Positions 51,419-59,139 of a DNA stretch of 59,139 bases are shown in pieces. Each line of letters starts with the position of its first letter. Position 1 is the stretch's first letter. Under the pieces are notes generated by a model. It was not told where the DNA came from and searched no databases. It saw only the letters and a program-made list of their open reading frames with translations. The stretch spans positions 1 to 59,139 of the forward strand of contig JBDTMN010000006.1 in the NCBI GenBank assembly GCA_039934295.1, read 5' to 3'. Origin of the DNA: Candidatus Tayloriibacteriota bacterium (lineage in GTDB: Bacteria; Patescibacteriota; Minisyncoccia; Phycocordibacterales; HO2-43-120). The position numbers and the translations under genes are program-made.

Positions 51419-51742
51419 GTCGTCCATAATCCCACCTAGTTTCTCCCGGGTGCGGGTTGTTGTTGGATGACAGGTTGGCGGTCGTGTTTGTTCATGCACT
51501 CGGTGCGGTGTTCAATCGGTTCCTCGTACCGAAGAGAGTGGCCGGTCGCCAACCTAACGTTTTCCCCGCTTGTCGAGCGTCGTGCTGGAGTTCGATTGCT
51601 CAAGATAGCGGGTGAGGGGAGTGGCGGCGGCTTCGTTTCTGTTTATATCGAAGCCGCCGCCCAACAATTTCCATTTGTTCTTTGTTTTTTCGGTTTTTTT
51701 TGCCCATAGTAAGCCGCGCTTTTTCAAAGTAGCGGCTTTTAT
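51419..51742 (+). ncRNA. Candidate GC-rich structured RNA or leader (~250-320 nt), family unknown
   Basis: Long-range helix AGGTTGGCG / CGCCAACCT. Local hairpins GCAC-tcg-GTGC and CGGT-tcctcgt-ACCG. A 13 bp GC hairpin GGCGGCGGCTTCG...CGAAGCCGCCGCC (51623-51661) is followed by T-rich sequence, then a second hairpin AAGCCGC...GCGGCTT plus T-run. ORFs 51467..51709 and 51612..52037 look non-coding. Confidence 0.35.
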
Positions 51743-51774
51743 TTATTCATTTTCCACAGACACCCTATCGAAAA

Positions 51775-52068
51775 ATGAATACACACGTGCTAAACTACAC
51801 CTATATGGGATCCATTTTTTCTTTTCAGCAAATCTATCTCCTTTTTGGCGCATTCATCTTGCTCATTTATTGGGGCTTTGCGTTTACTATTATTTACCAT
51901 CTTACCCGTTTTGGGATTGGCGTTCAGCCGAAGAGAATTTCTGCCGTCTACTTTCTGGGAACAGTAATGCTTTTTATCTTTGCCGCGCTCCTCTCAACTA
52001 CAGTCAATGTCTCCGGACTCTCTTCTCGCCTTTTTGATTCACCACAGAATAACAATATGCTCCAATGA
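51775..52068 (+). CDS. Small membrane protein, hypothetical
   Basis: ORF of 97 aa with two TM segments. It overlaps the next gene by 4 nt. Confidence 0.45.
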   Translation: MNTHVLNYTYMGSIFSFQQIYLLFGAFILLIYWGFAFTIIYHLTRFGIGVQPKRISAVYFLGTVMLFIFAALLSTTVNVSGLSSRLFDSPQNNNMLQ

Positions 52069-52634
52069 AAATAAAAAATCTGTTCGCACTTTTTTTGGAA
52101 TCGGCAAATAATTTTGAGGGCAAAGAGAAAGACGAGGAGGTTCTGCTCCTTATCCGCCGGCATCCGTTCTATGTCATTGTTCAAGCTGTGTACATTTTTC
52201 TCATGGCGCTTATCCCTTTTGTGATAGGAGTCGAAGCGCAGTCTTTTCTTTTTTCGCACAATTTAGTCGCTCTTTTTTTCTTCCTTCTCGCGCTTTGGTA
52301 TCTTATTCTCTGGCAGTTGCTTTTTTATAAAATCACAATGTATACTCTCGATGTGTGGATTGTTACCAACCACAGGATTATTGACAGCACGCAACACGGT
52401 TTTTTTGACCGAAGAATATCGGAATTGCACCTCGCTCGAGTGCAGGATATTTCTGTTGAAACGGAGGGGATGATTCCGACTTTTTTTCATTTCGGGGATC
52501 TCGAAGTTCAAACTGCGGGCACGGAAAGCAAATTCAAGTGTATTAAGATTCCGCATCCCGAAGCGGTAAAAGGTAAAATTATGGAATACGTGTCGCATGC
52601 GGCCTCTACCTACTCGTCAACTCCAATTGTTTAA
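52065..52634 (+). CDS. Membrane protein with bacterial PH domain (YdbS/YdbT, DUF304-like)
   Basis: Two TM helices, then WIVTNHRIIDSTQHGFFDRRISELHLARVQDISVE...GDLEVQTAG, typical of bPH_2. Confidence 0.65.
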   Translation: MKIKNLFALFLESANNFEGKEKDEEVLLLIRRHPFYVIVQAVYIFLMALIPFVIGVEAQSFLFSHNLVALFFFLLALWYLILWQLLFYKITMYTLDVWIVTNHRIIDSTQHGFFDRRISELHLARVQDISVETEGMIPTFFHFGDLEVQTAGTESKFKCIKIPHPEAVKGKIMEYVSHAASTYSSTPIV

Positions 52635-52693
52635 TAGGCAGTTTGCAATTTTTTTTCAGTCTAGTATTGTAAGGGCTGGGTTTGTTTTATCCT

Positions 52694-52837
52694 CGGAGTG
52701 TCTCGAGTTTTGCGAAGCGACGTGCTTCGATGTCCTTGTTTCTTAGAGAGTCAACGTTCCAGTGCCTGACAAGGAGACTCGAGCGCTCCGGGGACCAATT
52801 TCTAGTCGCGCGCCAACTGACACGGTGCGCGATTTTT
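52694..52837 (+). ncRNA. Candidate ~145 nt structured RNA with its own terminator, upstream of prfB
   Basis: A 13 bp closing helix CGGAGTG-t-CTCGAG / CTCGAG-CGCTCCG (52694-52707 with 52778-52790) encloses hairpins GAAGC-gacgt-GCTTC and TCCTTGT...ACAAGGA. A terminator TCGCGCGCC-loop-GGTGCGCGA plus TTTTT follows (52806-52837). Confidence 0.35.
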
Positions 52838-52890
52838 CTACATTCTGATACTATATACTTTGTGCCTCTAGCTTCACACACTTTTCATAC

Positions 52891-53796
52891 ATGTTAAATG
52901 AAAGCCGAAAAATGAACAGCGCAAGCGGTGACGCGCGAATCAAGGAAATCGAAGCGTTGATGATCGATTCGGAATTTTGGTCTGACAAGCAAAAGTCCCA
53001 GTCTCTGATTAGGGAACTTCAGGAATTGAAGGAGGGAATGTCAACGGGCGGGACAGGAGGAAAATTTGACCGAGGTGGGGCCGTCATTACCATATTTTCA
53101 GGAGCGGGAGGAGACGATGCCGAAGATTTTTCCGCCATTCTTTTTAGAATGTATCGAAAGTATATCGAAAACAAGGGGTGGAAAATCAGCATGCTTCACT
53201 CGAACGAAAATGACCACGGAGGGTTTCGCAACCTTACATTTGAAATAGACGGCAAGGGCGTGTATGGAACGCTCAAAAACGAGTCGGGCGTTCACCGCCT
53301 TGTGCGCATTTCCCCATTTAACGCCAAAAAACTCCGCCACACGTCGTTTTCAATGGTTGAAGTGATTCCCAAATTCGACAAGACGGTTGATATTGAAATT
53401 CCGCCTGCTGAAATCGAAATTAGCTACGCGCGCTCAAGCGGGCCGGGAGGCCAGAACGTGAACAAGCGGGAGACCGCAGTCCGCCTTGTGCATCTCCCGA
53501 CAAAAATCGCGGTGCATGTGGAAACAGAACGGTCGCAGGCGCAGAATAAGGAAAGGGCGATGGACTTGCTTCGGGGAAAGCTCTACAAAATGCGAGAAGA
53601 CGAGCGGGTGGCAAAAGAAAAAGGCATGTATATCTCAAAGACGACCTCTGTTGAGTGGGGCAATCAGATTCGCTCATACGTTCTTCACCCTTACAAAATG
53701 GTGAAAGACCATAGAACAAACGTGGAGACCTCGCAGGTGGACAAAGTGCTGGAAGGAGGATTGGAGGAGTTTATTAGCGCTGAAGCATTGCTCTAA
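52891..53796 (+). CDS. prfB: Peptide chain release factor 2 (short N-terminal domain, no programmed frameshift seen)
   Basis: SPF tripeptide (RISPFNA) and GGQ (SSGPGGQNVNK). Length 301 aa. No CTTTGAC frameshift site upstream. Confidence 0.9.
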   Translation: MLNESRKMNSASGDARIKEIEALMIDSEFWSDKQKSQSLIRELQELKEGMSTGGTGGKFDRGGAVITIFSGAGGDDAEDFSAILFRMYRKYIENKGWKISMLHSNENDHGGFRNLTFEIDGKGVYGTLKNESGVHRLVRISPFNAKKLRHTSFSMVEVIPKFDKTVDIEIPPAEIEISYARSSGPGGQNVNKRETAVRLVHLPTKIAVHVETERSQAQNKERAMDLLRGKLYKMREDERVAKEKGMYISKTTSVEWGNQIRSYVLHPYKMVKDHRTNVETSQVDKVLEGGLEEFISAEALL

Positions 53797-53809
53797 GCTG
53801 TTAGCTGTC
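53796..53809. repeat. AGCT-heptad units fused to the prfB stop codon
   Basis: agctgtt agctgtc. The stop TAA (53794-53796) overlaps the first unit. Confidence 0.7.
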
Positions 53810-53854
53810 GGATCACTTGTGATGAAGCAGAAAAGATAATAGAATAAGAGTGCA

Positions 53855-53889
53855 ACCTAAAAGCTAGAAGCTAATAGCTAATAGCTGTT
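53855..53889. repeat. AGCT-heptad array (A-rich form) ending 3 nt before the ftsE start
   Basis: acctaaa agctaga agctaat agctaat agctgtt. Confidence 0.9.
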
Positions 53890-53892
53890 CAT

Positions 53893-54573
53893 ATGATTTA
53901 TTTCGACAAAGTTTCAAAAGTATACGGAGATAAATGCGTCGCTCTTGATGATGTTACCTTTAGCGTCGAGCCAGGGGAGTTTATTTCCATCGTCGGACAC
54001 TCTGGTGCTGGAAAGACGACGCTTCTCAAAATGATTTTAGCTGAAGAGATGCCCACCGGAGGCGGGGTTTTTTTTGAATCGGTAAACATTCATTCGCTTG
54101 GGAAATCAGAGATGAATCAGTTTCGTAGACGCATCGGCAGCATTTTTCAGGATTTCCGTCTCCTGCCGGGGAAAACCGCGTACGAAAACATCGCGTTCGC
54201 CATGGAGGTCGCAGGAAGGACGGATGAGGAAATAGCCGCCGACGTGCCGTACGTTTTTGAGCTCGTTGATTTGTCACATAAAATGCACAATTTTCCGCAC
54301 CAACTTTCGGGAGGCGAGAAGCAAAGAGTGGGGATAGCGAGAGCAATCGTGAATCACCCGGATATCATTATTGCGGACGAGCCGACTGGGAACCTCGACC
54401 CCGTAAACACCTACGACATCGTCCAGATTTTGAAAAAGGTGAATTCTTTGGGCACGACTGTTATTCTCACCACGCACAACAGGGGAGTGATTGATTCACT
54501 TGCGAAGCGGGTGATTACATTGGATGAAGGCAGGCTGGTGAGGGACGACAAAGAGGGCAAGTTTGTTTTGTAA
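53893..54573 (+). CDS. ftsE: Cell division ATP-binding protein FtsE
   Basis: Walker A GHSGAGKTT, ABC signature LSGGEKQRV, Walker B IIIADEPT. Followed by ftsX. Confidence 0.92.
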   Translation: MIYFDKVSKVYGDKCVALDDVTFSVEPGEFISIVGHSGAGKTTLLKMILAEEMPTGGGVFFESVNIHSLGKSEMNQFRRRIGSIFQDFRLLPGKTAYENIAFAMEVAGRTDEEIAADVPYVFELVDLSHKMHNFPHQLSGGEKQRVGIARAIVNHPDIIIADEPTGNLDPVNTYDIVQILKKVNSLGTTVILTTHNRGVIDSLAKRVITLDEGRLVRDDKEGKFVL

Positions 54574-54593
54574 GACAAAACAAAATTTACAAT

Positions 54594-54628
54594 ACTTTAT
54601 ACTTTTCACTTTATACTTTATACTATTT
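54594..54628. repeat. Heptad array (ACTTTAT family) ending 5 nt before the ftsX start
   Basis: actttat acttttc actttat actttat actattt. Confidence 0.85.
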
Positions 54629-54633
54629 TCACA

Positions 54634-55560
54634 ATGCTTTGGGTCAACACAAAAAGAGTTTTAAAATCGGGATTCGTCAACTTTTGGAGGAATGGATTTA
54701 TTTCGCTGTCCTCCATCCTTATCATGGTTATCACCCTTTTCGTCATCGGGTCTATTATTTTTGTGAGCGCGACTTTGCAGTCTTCACTTTTGGAGTTAAA
54801 GAAGAAGGTGGATATCAACGTGTATTTCGTGACGAGCGCGAAAGAGGCGGACATTCTTGCCGTCAAGCAGTCGATAGAAAAACTCCAGGAAGTTTCGTCA
54901 GTTGAATATATTTCTCAGGACCAGGTGCTCGCCAATTTCAAAAAAAGGCATGAGAACGACCAGCTGACTCAGCAGGCTCTCGAAGAAATCAACGGCAATC
55001 CGTTGGGCGCAACATTGAATATCAATGCAAAAGATCCTTCACAATACGGGAGCATTGCGGAGTATTTGAAAAGCGACAGCACCCTTACTCCCGGCGGAGC
55101 GTCAATTATCGACAAGGTGAACTACGAGCAAAACAAGGGGGCGATTGAAACGCTTACCTCTATAATCAGGATTGCCGAAAAGCTAGGGTTCGGCATCACC
55201 CTTTTCCTCATCATTCTTTCTATAGTTATCACCTTAAATACTATTCGGCTTACTATTTACACTTCCCGCGAAGAGATTGCCGTCATGCGCCTCGTGGGAG
55301 CGAATAACATGTATATTCGAGGGCCATTCGTAGTTGCCGGAATGACGTACGGGCTAATCTCTGCGATTATCACTCTTCTCCTTTTCTATCCCGTTACGTT
55401 TTGGCTCGGGCGGGTGACGGAGCGATTTTTTACCGGCATCAATCTTTTCAATTATTACATCAATAATTTTGGGCAGATATTTCTCATCATTGTCGGTTCG
55501 GGAATTTTAATCGGCGCGATTTCGAGTTTTCTTGCAGTCCGCCGCTATCTCAAGATTTAA
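54634..55560 (+). CDS. ftsX: Cell division permease-like protein FtsX
   Basis: Length 308 aa. One N-terminal TM segment, a periplasmic domain and three C-terminal TM segments (FtsX fold). Downstream of ftsE. Confidence 0.88.
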   Translation: MLWVNTKRVLKSGFVNFWRNGFISLSSILIMVITLFVIGSIIFVSATLQSSLLELKKKVDINVYFVTSAKEADILAVKQSIEKLQEVSSVEYISQDQVLANFKKRHENDQLTQQALEEINGNPLGATLNINAKDPSQYGSIAEYLKSDSTLTPGGASIIDKVNYEQNKGAIETLTSIIRIAEKLGFGITLFLIILSIVITLNTIRLTIYTSREEIAVMRLVGANNMYIRGPFVVAGMTYGLISAIITLLLFYPVTFWLGRVTERFFTGINLFNYYINNFGQIFLIIVGSGILIGAISSFLAVRRYLKI

Positions 55561-55638
55561 TACGCACTTACGGTGAGCGGTTTTGTCCGTATACTCATAC
55601 GCCTTTGGCGGATTCGTATTTCGTAGTAGTATAGGGAA

Positions 55639-57285
55639 ATGAAAAAAACGAAAAAGTTTATCTTCGTGACCGGCGGAGTAATGAGCGGAGTAGGAAAAGG
55701 CATAGCTTCGTCTTCCATCGGTACGATTCTGAAGGCGAGAGGGTTTAAAGTTACTGCCCTCAAAATTGACCCCTACGTGAACATTGACGCGGGGACGATG
55801 AATCCCACCGAGCACGGCGAAGTATTCGTGCTCTCTGATGGGGACGAGTGTGACCAGGATATGGGCAACTATGAGCGGTTTCTTGATATGAACCTTTCGC
55901 GAGTGAACTACATGACGACGGGGAGAATTTATCAGGAGGTTATCCGCAAGGAAAGAAATCTCGAATACAAGGGAAAAAATGTCGAAGTGGTGCCCGATAT
56001 TCCGATTGAAGTTATTCGTCGCATTGAAGTCGCGCAAAAAGATGCGGAGGCCGATATCACTATCATTGAGATTGGAGGAACGATTGGAGAATACCAAAAC
56101 GTGATTTTTCTTGAGGCCGCGAGAATGATGAAAACAAAATATCCCGATGATGTTGCTATTGTCATGGTGAGTTTTGTGCCGATGCCCTCGAAAATTGGCG
56201 AAATGAAAACCAAGCCGACGCAATACGCATCTCGAAGTTTAAACAGCGTAGGATTGCAGGCGGATATCATCATTGCCCGTGGAGAACTTCCTCTCGATAA
56301 CAAAAGAAAGGACAAAATCGCCCTTTTTTGCAATATAAAACCTGAAAATGTCATTTCCGCGCCTGACGTTGAAAGTATTTACGATGTGCCCATCAATTTT
56401 GAAAGGGACAACCTGGGCGAAATACTGTGCAAGACGCTCAAAATTAACTCCTCTAAAAAAACCGATTTAGGTTCATGGGAGGCGTTTGTGCGGAAGGCAA
56501 AATCGGCAAAGAATGAGGTGAAAATAGCGATAGTCGGAAAATATTTTGATTCGGGGGATTTTGTTTTGGGTGATGTGTACATTTCTGTCATCGAAGCCAT
56601 TAAATATTCGGCATACAAGTTGGGCATGAAGCCGAAAATTGAATACATCAATTCAAAGGATATTGAAAATGGAAAGCTTGGAGTTCAGAGTTTGAAAAAG
56701 TTTGACGGAATTGTCGTTCCAGGGGGATTCGGCGAGACGGGAATCGAGGGCATTATCAAAGTCATTGAGTTCGCGCGGAAAAACAAGATTCCGTATTTCG
56801 GACTTTGCTACGGCATGCAACTCATGGTTATTGAATATGCTCGCAACGTTCTCGGCATAAAAGACGCGCACACGTCCGAAATTAATCCGAATGCGAAGAA
56901 TCTTGTTATTGACATCATGCCGGACCAGAAGGAAAAATTGCTGACTAAAGATTATGGAGGAAGCATGAGGCTCGGAGTGTATCCCGCGCATTTGCGAAAA
57001 GGCTCGATTGCCGAGCGTGCCTATGGCAGGCAGACTATAGAGGAGAGACATCGGCATCGATATGAAGTCAATCCGAAGTATCACATCAGATTTACGGAGG
57101 GAGGCCTTGTCTTTTCGGGAGTTTCTCCCGACCGGCGTCTCATGGAAATTGCGGAACTTTCCAGTGTTTCGCATCCGTTTTTCCTGGGCACACAGTTTCA
57201 CCCCGAATTTCTCGCAAGGCCGTCAAGTCCACATCCCTTGTTTACCGAATTTATGAAAGCCGCAGGCAAAAAGTCTAAACGGTGA
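55639..57285 (+). CDS. pyrG: CTP synthase
   Basis: N-terminal KFIFVTGGVMSGVGKGI. Glutaminase domain GLCYGMQ and the HRHRYEVN motif. Confidence 0.97.
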   Translation: MKKTKKFIFVTGGVMSGVGKGIASSSIGTILKARGFKVTALKIDPYVNIDAGTMNPTEHGEVFVLSDGDECDQDMGNYERFLDMNLSRVNYMTTGRIYQEVIRKERNLEYKGKNVEVVPDIPIEVIRRIEVAQKDAEADITIIEIGGTIGEYQNVIFLEAARMMKTKYPDDVAIVMVSFVPMPSKIGEMKTKPTQYASRSLNSVGLQADIIIARGELPLDNKRKDKIALFCNIKPENVISAPDVESIYDVPINFERDNLGEILCKTLKINSSKKTDLGSWEAFVRKAKSAKNEVKIAIVGKYFDSGDFVLGDVYISVIEAIKYSAYKLGMKPKIEYINSKDIENGKLGVQSLKKFDGIVVPGGFGETGIEGIIKVIEFARKNKIPYFGLCYGMQLMVIEYARNVLGIKDAHTSEINPNAKNLVIDIMPDQKEKLLTKDYGGSMRLGVYPAHLRKGSIAERAYGRQTIEERHRHRYEVNPKYHIRFTEGGLVFSGVSPDRRLMEIAELSSVSHPFFLGTQFHPEFLARPSSPHPLFTEFMKAAGKKSKR

Positions 57286-57313
57286 CTCGTTGCTTCGTAG
57301 CTTTTTCTCTCAA

Positions 57314-57574
57314 ATGGCAATCGTAAAAAAGAAAATACACTCCGATTTTTTCGAACTCATTGCAGTTGGCAAGAAAAAGTTTGAGCTCCGCGTAGCGGAT
57401 TTTGATGTAAAAGAAGGGGACACGCTTTTGCTTGAAGAATGGAATCCGAAAACAAAAAAATATACTGGCAGAACGTTGGAGAAAAAAGTTACCTACATTT
57501 TGAAATTTGACCTCGACAAATTCGGCCAGAAAGAGCTTATTTTGAAACGTGGTCTTTACGTTCTGCAATTTTGA
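57314..57574 (+). CDS. ASCH/DUF3850-like small protein
   Basis: HSDFFELIAVGKKKFELRVADFDVKEGDTLLLEEW....YTGRTLEKKVTYI matches the DUF3850 pattern. Confidence 0.65.
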   Translation: MAIVKKKIHSDFFELIAVGKKKFELRVADFDVKEGDTLLLEEWNPKTKKYTGRTLEKKVTYILKFDLDKFGQKELILKRGLYVLQF

Positions 57575-57626
57575 CGAAAAATAAATTTTTGATTTTTGAT
57601 TCATAAAAAAAGGTAAAGCCGTCCGC

Positions 57627-57652
57627 CCTCGGCTTTCACCCGAGGTTTTTTT
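57627..57652 (+). terminator. Rho-independent terminator
   Basis: CCTCGG-ctttcac-CCGAGG followed by TTTTTTT. Confidence 0.7.
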
Positions 57653-57690
57653 ATGCTCGCAAGGGGTTACCAATCAATTTCCGCACAAAG

Positions 57691-57761
57691 CTGGGAGACT
57701 TGGACTCGAACCAAGATAACATCCTCCAGAGGGATGTGTCCGACCATTAGACGATCTCCCA
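57691..57761 (-). tRNA. tRNA-Gln (anticodon CUG)
   Basis: Reverse strand: acceptor TGGGAGA/TCTCCCA, anticodon stem CATCC/GGATG with loop CTCTGGA, T-arm CTTGG-TTCGAGT-CCAAG. Length 71 nt. Confidence 0.85.
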
Positions 57762-57834
57762 GCTCTGTGAATAAACTGTTATGGGGAAAGCTTCAATAAG
57801 AGAAGAATACTGAATAAATAGCGATTATTCAAGC

Positions 57835-57867
57835 ATAAAAAACCCCAGCACTGCAAAGTGCTGGGGT
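57835..57867 (-). terminator. Rho-independent terminator of the methyltransferase gene
   Basis: ACCCCAGCAC-tgcaaa-GTGCTGGGGT with an A-run on the + strand (a U-run on the - strand). Confidence 0.7.
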
Positions 57868-57883
57868 CGCGATTCTGTTTTTG

Positions 57884-58579
57884 CTATTTTCGACTTCTGC
57901 CGATGAGAAACAAGCCGTCTTTAACTTCGAAAGTTGTCTTCACCTCAATTCCCGACCGGTATAAATAGTCGGTGAAAACTGGCAAGCTCCATTTAACTCC
58001 GAGTATTGGTTTCCGAAAGACGGAGCGCACATCCTTCCATTGAAAGACTCTGTGAGAACCCGAATTGCATAACACCGGCGCGCTGATGAATGCGAGTCCG
58101 CCCGGTCGTAAAATTCGTCCCATCTTTTTCATGACGGAAAGGACTTCTTCCGGCGGGATATATCCAAAGACTCCATGCACCCAAAGGCAATCAAAACTGT
58201 CATCCTCAAAGGTCATTTGCCGCATATCCATTTTGATGAATCGTCCCTTCGGAGCGTATTTCCTAGCTGTGATTATAGGTATTTCGGCCCTGTCGATGCC
58301 GGTGTAGTCAAACCCGGCAGTGATGAATGCGGGAGCATCATTGCCCGTTCCACAACCAAGGTCCAGGACCTTTTTACCTTTTCCCATTTCGCTACCAAGC
58401 TTCTCGATGACTTTTACACAAGAAGAGTAAACTTTCGGGCATCCTCCCTCGGCGTTAAAATATGCTTCTGTTGCCTCATCAAGTGCCGGAATTTGTTCCG
58501 GTGTGGCCTCGCCTATCTCCACGCCAAAGAGCTCTCTGACTAGGGCGTTGACCGATTTATCCGATATATATGTGTCCAT
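57884..58579 (-). CDS. Class I SAM-dependent methyltransferase
   Basis: Motif I VLDLGCGTGNDA. Length 231 aa. Confidence 0.85.
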   Translation of the reverse strand: MDTYISDKSVNALVRELFGVEIGEATPEQIPALDEATEAYFNAEGGCPKVYSSCVKVIEKLGSEMGKGKKVLDLGCGTGNDAPAFITAGFDYTGIDRAEIPIITARKYAPKGRFIKMDMRQMTFEDDSFDCLWVHGVFGYIPPEEVLSVMKKMGRILRPGGLAFISAPVLCNSGSHRVFQWKDVRSVFRKPILGVKWSLPVFTDYLYRSGIEVKTTFEVKDGLFLIGRSRK

Positions 58580-58702
58580 AATGTTTGTTCTAAAAAGTAA
58601 TATACATTCATACTGCTATATTGTCAAGGCAAAGAGCGTATTTTTCCATTACAGTAGATTTTTGGTATACTGCTCGCATTACAAGTTAGTGATTAACAAA
58701 AT

Positions 58703-59139
58703 ATGACAATAAATTATTTGGCCGTATTGGTTTGCGCTCTAGCCGCTATGGCTGTCGGATTTGTATGGTATGGACCATTGTTTGGAAAAGCTTGGATGAA
58801 GATTATGGGCGCGGAAAGTATGACGGCGGAACAAAAGCAGTCGATGAAAAAGATGATGGGCGGAATGTATTTCTTGCAGTTCGTACTATCTTTTGTTACC
58901 GCGGGCGCGCTTGCGTATCATATTTCCAATTGGGCGGGCAACGCCTCAAGCCTAGGAATAGCACTCTGCGCTTGGTTCGGTTTCGTCATGACTACTAATG
59001 CCGGCGCATGCCTGTGGAGTGGAAAGCCACCAAAAGTAGCCTGGAGAATGTTCTACATCTCATCAGGCGCGCAACTTATTACCTTTATCTGTAAGATTTA
59101 CTCGCGTTGTTCACAGTTCTTGCGGGTAAAAGTAATTGG
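58703..59139 (+). CDS. DUF1761-like membrane protein (3' end beyond the window)
   Basis: My translation, MTINYLAVLVCALAAMAVGFVWYGPLFGKAWMKIMG..., matches the DUF1761 N-terminal pattern (lW Y.p.FGk.W). Open to the window end, so absent from the ORF track. Confidence 0.65.
   Translation, partial: MTINYLAVLVCALAAMAVGFVWYGPLFGKAWMKIMGAESMTAEQKQSMKKMMGGMYFLQFVLSFVTAGALAYHISNWAGNASSLGIALCAWFGFVMTTNAGACLWSGKPPKVAWRMFYISSGAQLITFICKIYSRCSQFLRVKVI

Noticed and set aside
52680-52900. Possible +1 programmed frameshift exon of prfB.
   Set aside because: No CTT TGA C site is present. No upstream frame encodes RF2-like N-terminal sequence. A terminator separates the region from prfB.
1-59139. Alternative genetic code (UGA recoding, as in some candidate phyla).
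   Set aside because: Long conserved genes (gyrA, pyrG, ftsZ, ahcY) are intact under the standard code. An RF2 gene (which reads UGA) is present.

Overview
This 59 kb window looks like part of a small, gene-dense bacterial chromosome that uses the standard genetic code. The taxonomic guess is inference only. Tandem T4SS-pilin-like mini-proteins, an intron-bearing tRNA, a short RF2 and reduced metabolism suggest a Patescibacteria/CPR (Parcubacteria-like) organism.

Housekeeping genes recognised from motifs:
- trxB, ftsZ, ftsA, ybeY, rpsU, a HisRS-like gene, lepB, pth, rpsA
- gyrA, ahcY, a PfkB kinase, a riboflavin kinase, mgtC
- prfB, ftsE, ftsX, pyrG
- five tRNAs: Glu-UUC, Ser-CGA, Thr-GGU, Thr-CGU, Gln-CUG

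Observations most worth follow-up:
1. Tandem 7-nt (mostly AGCT-core) arrays occupy many intergenic spacers. Their orientation is fixed relative to stop and start codons.
2. A low-GC island of about 11 kb lies directly 3' of an intron-containing tRNA-Thr(GGU). It carries AbiEi/AbiEii, a GmrSD-like DUF262/DUF1524 enzyme, and a methylase+S pair that looks BcgI-like (no HsdR). It also carries a SpoT-type HD hydrolase preceded by a promoter-to-terminator RNA unit, an XRE-Panacea antitoxin with a RelE-like toxin, several unknown small ORFs and decayed gene remnants.
3. tRNA-Glu and tRNA-Ser flank a LAGLIDADG-like ORF. Each is followed by a 160-180 nt structured spacer that ends in a second copy of the tRNA 3' end.
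4. Short palindromic or repeat-like sequences seem to be inserted in frame within a PEP-utilising enzyme gene. One of them recurs in an intergenic region.
5. Several families of hairpin (MITE-like) elements and three promoter/terminator-delimited candidate ncRNAs are present.

No CRISPR array, rRNA, integrase or transposase was recognised. All functional calls come from reading motifs by eye; no database search was run.
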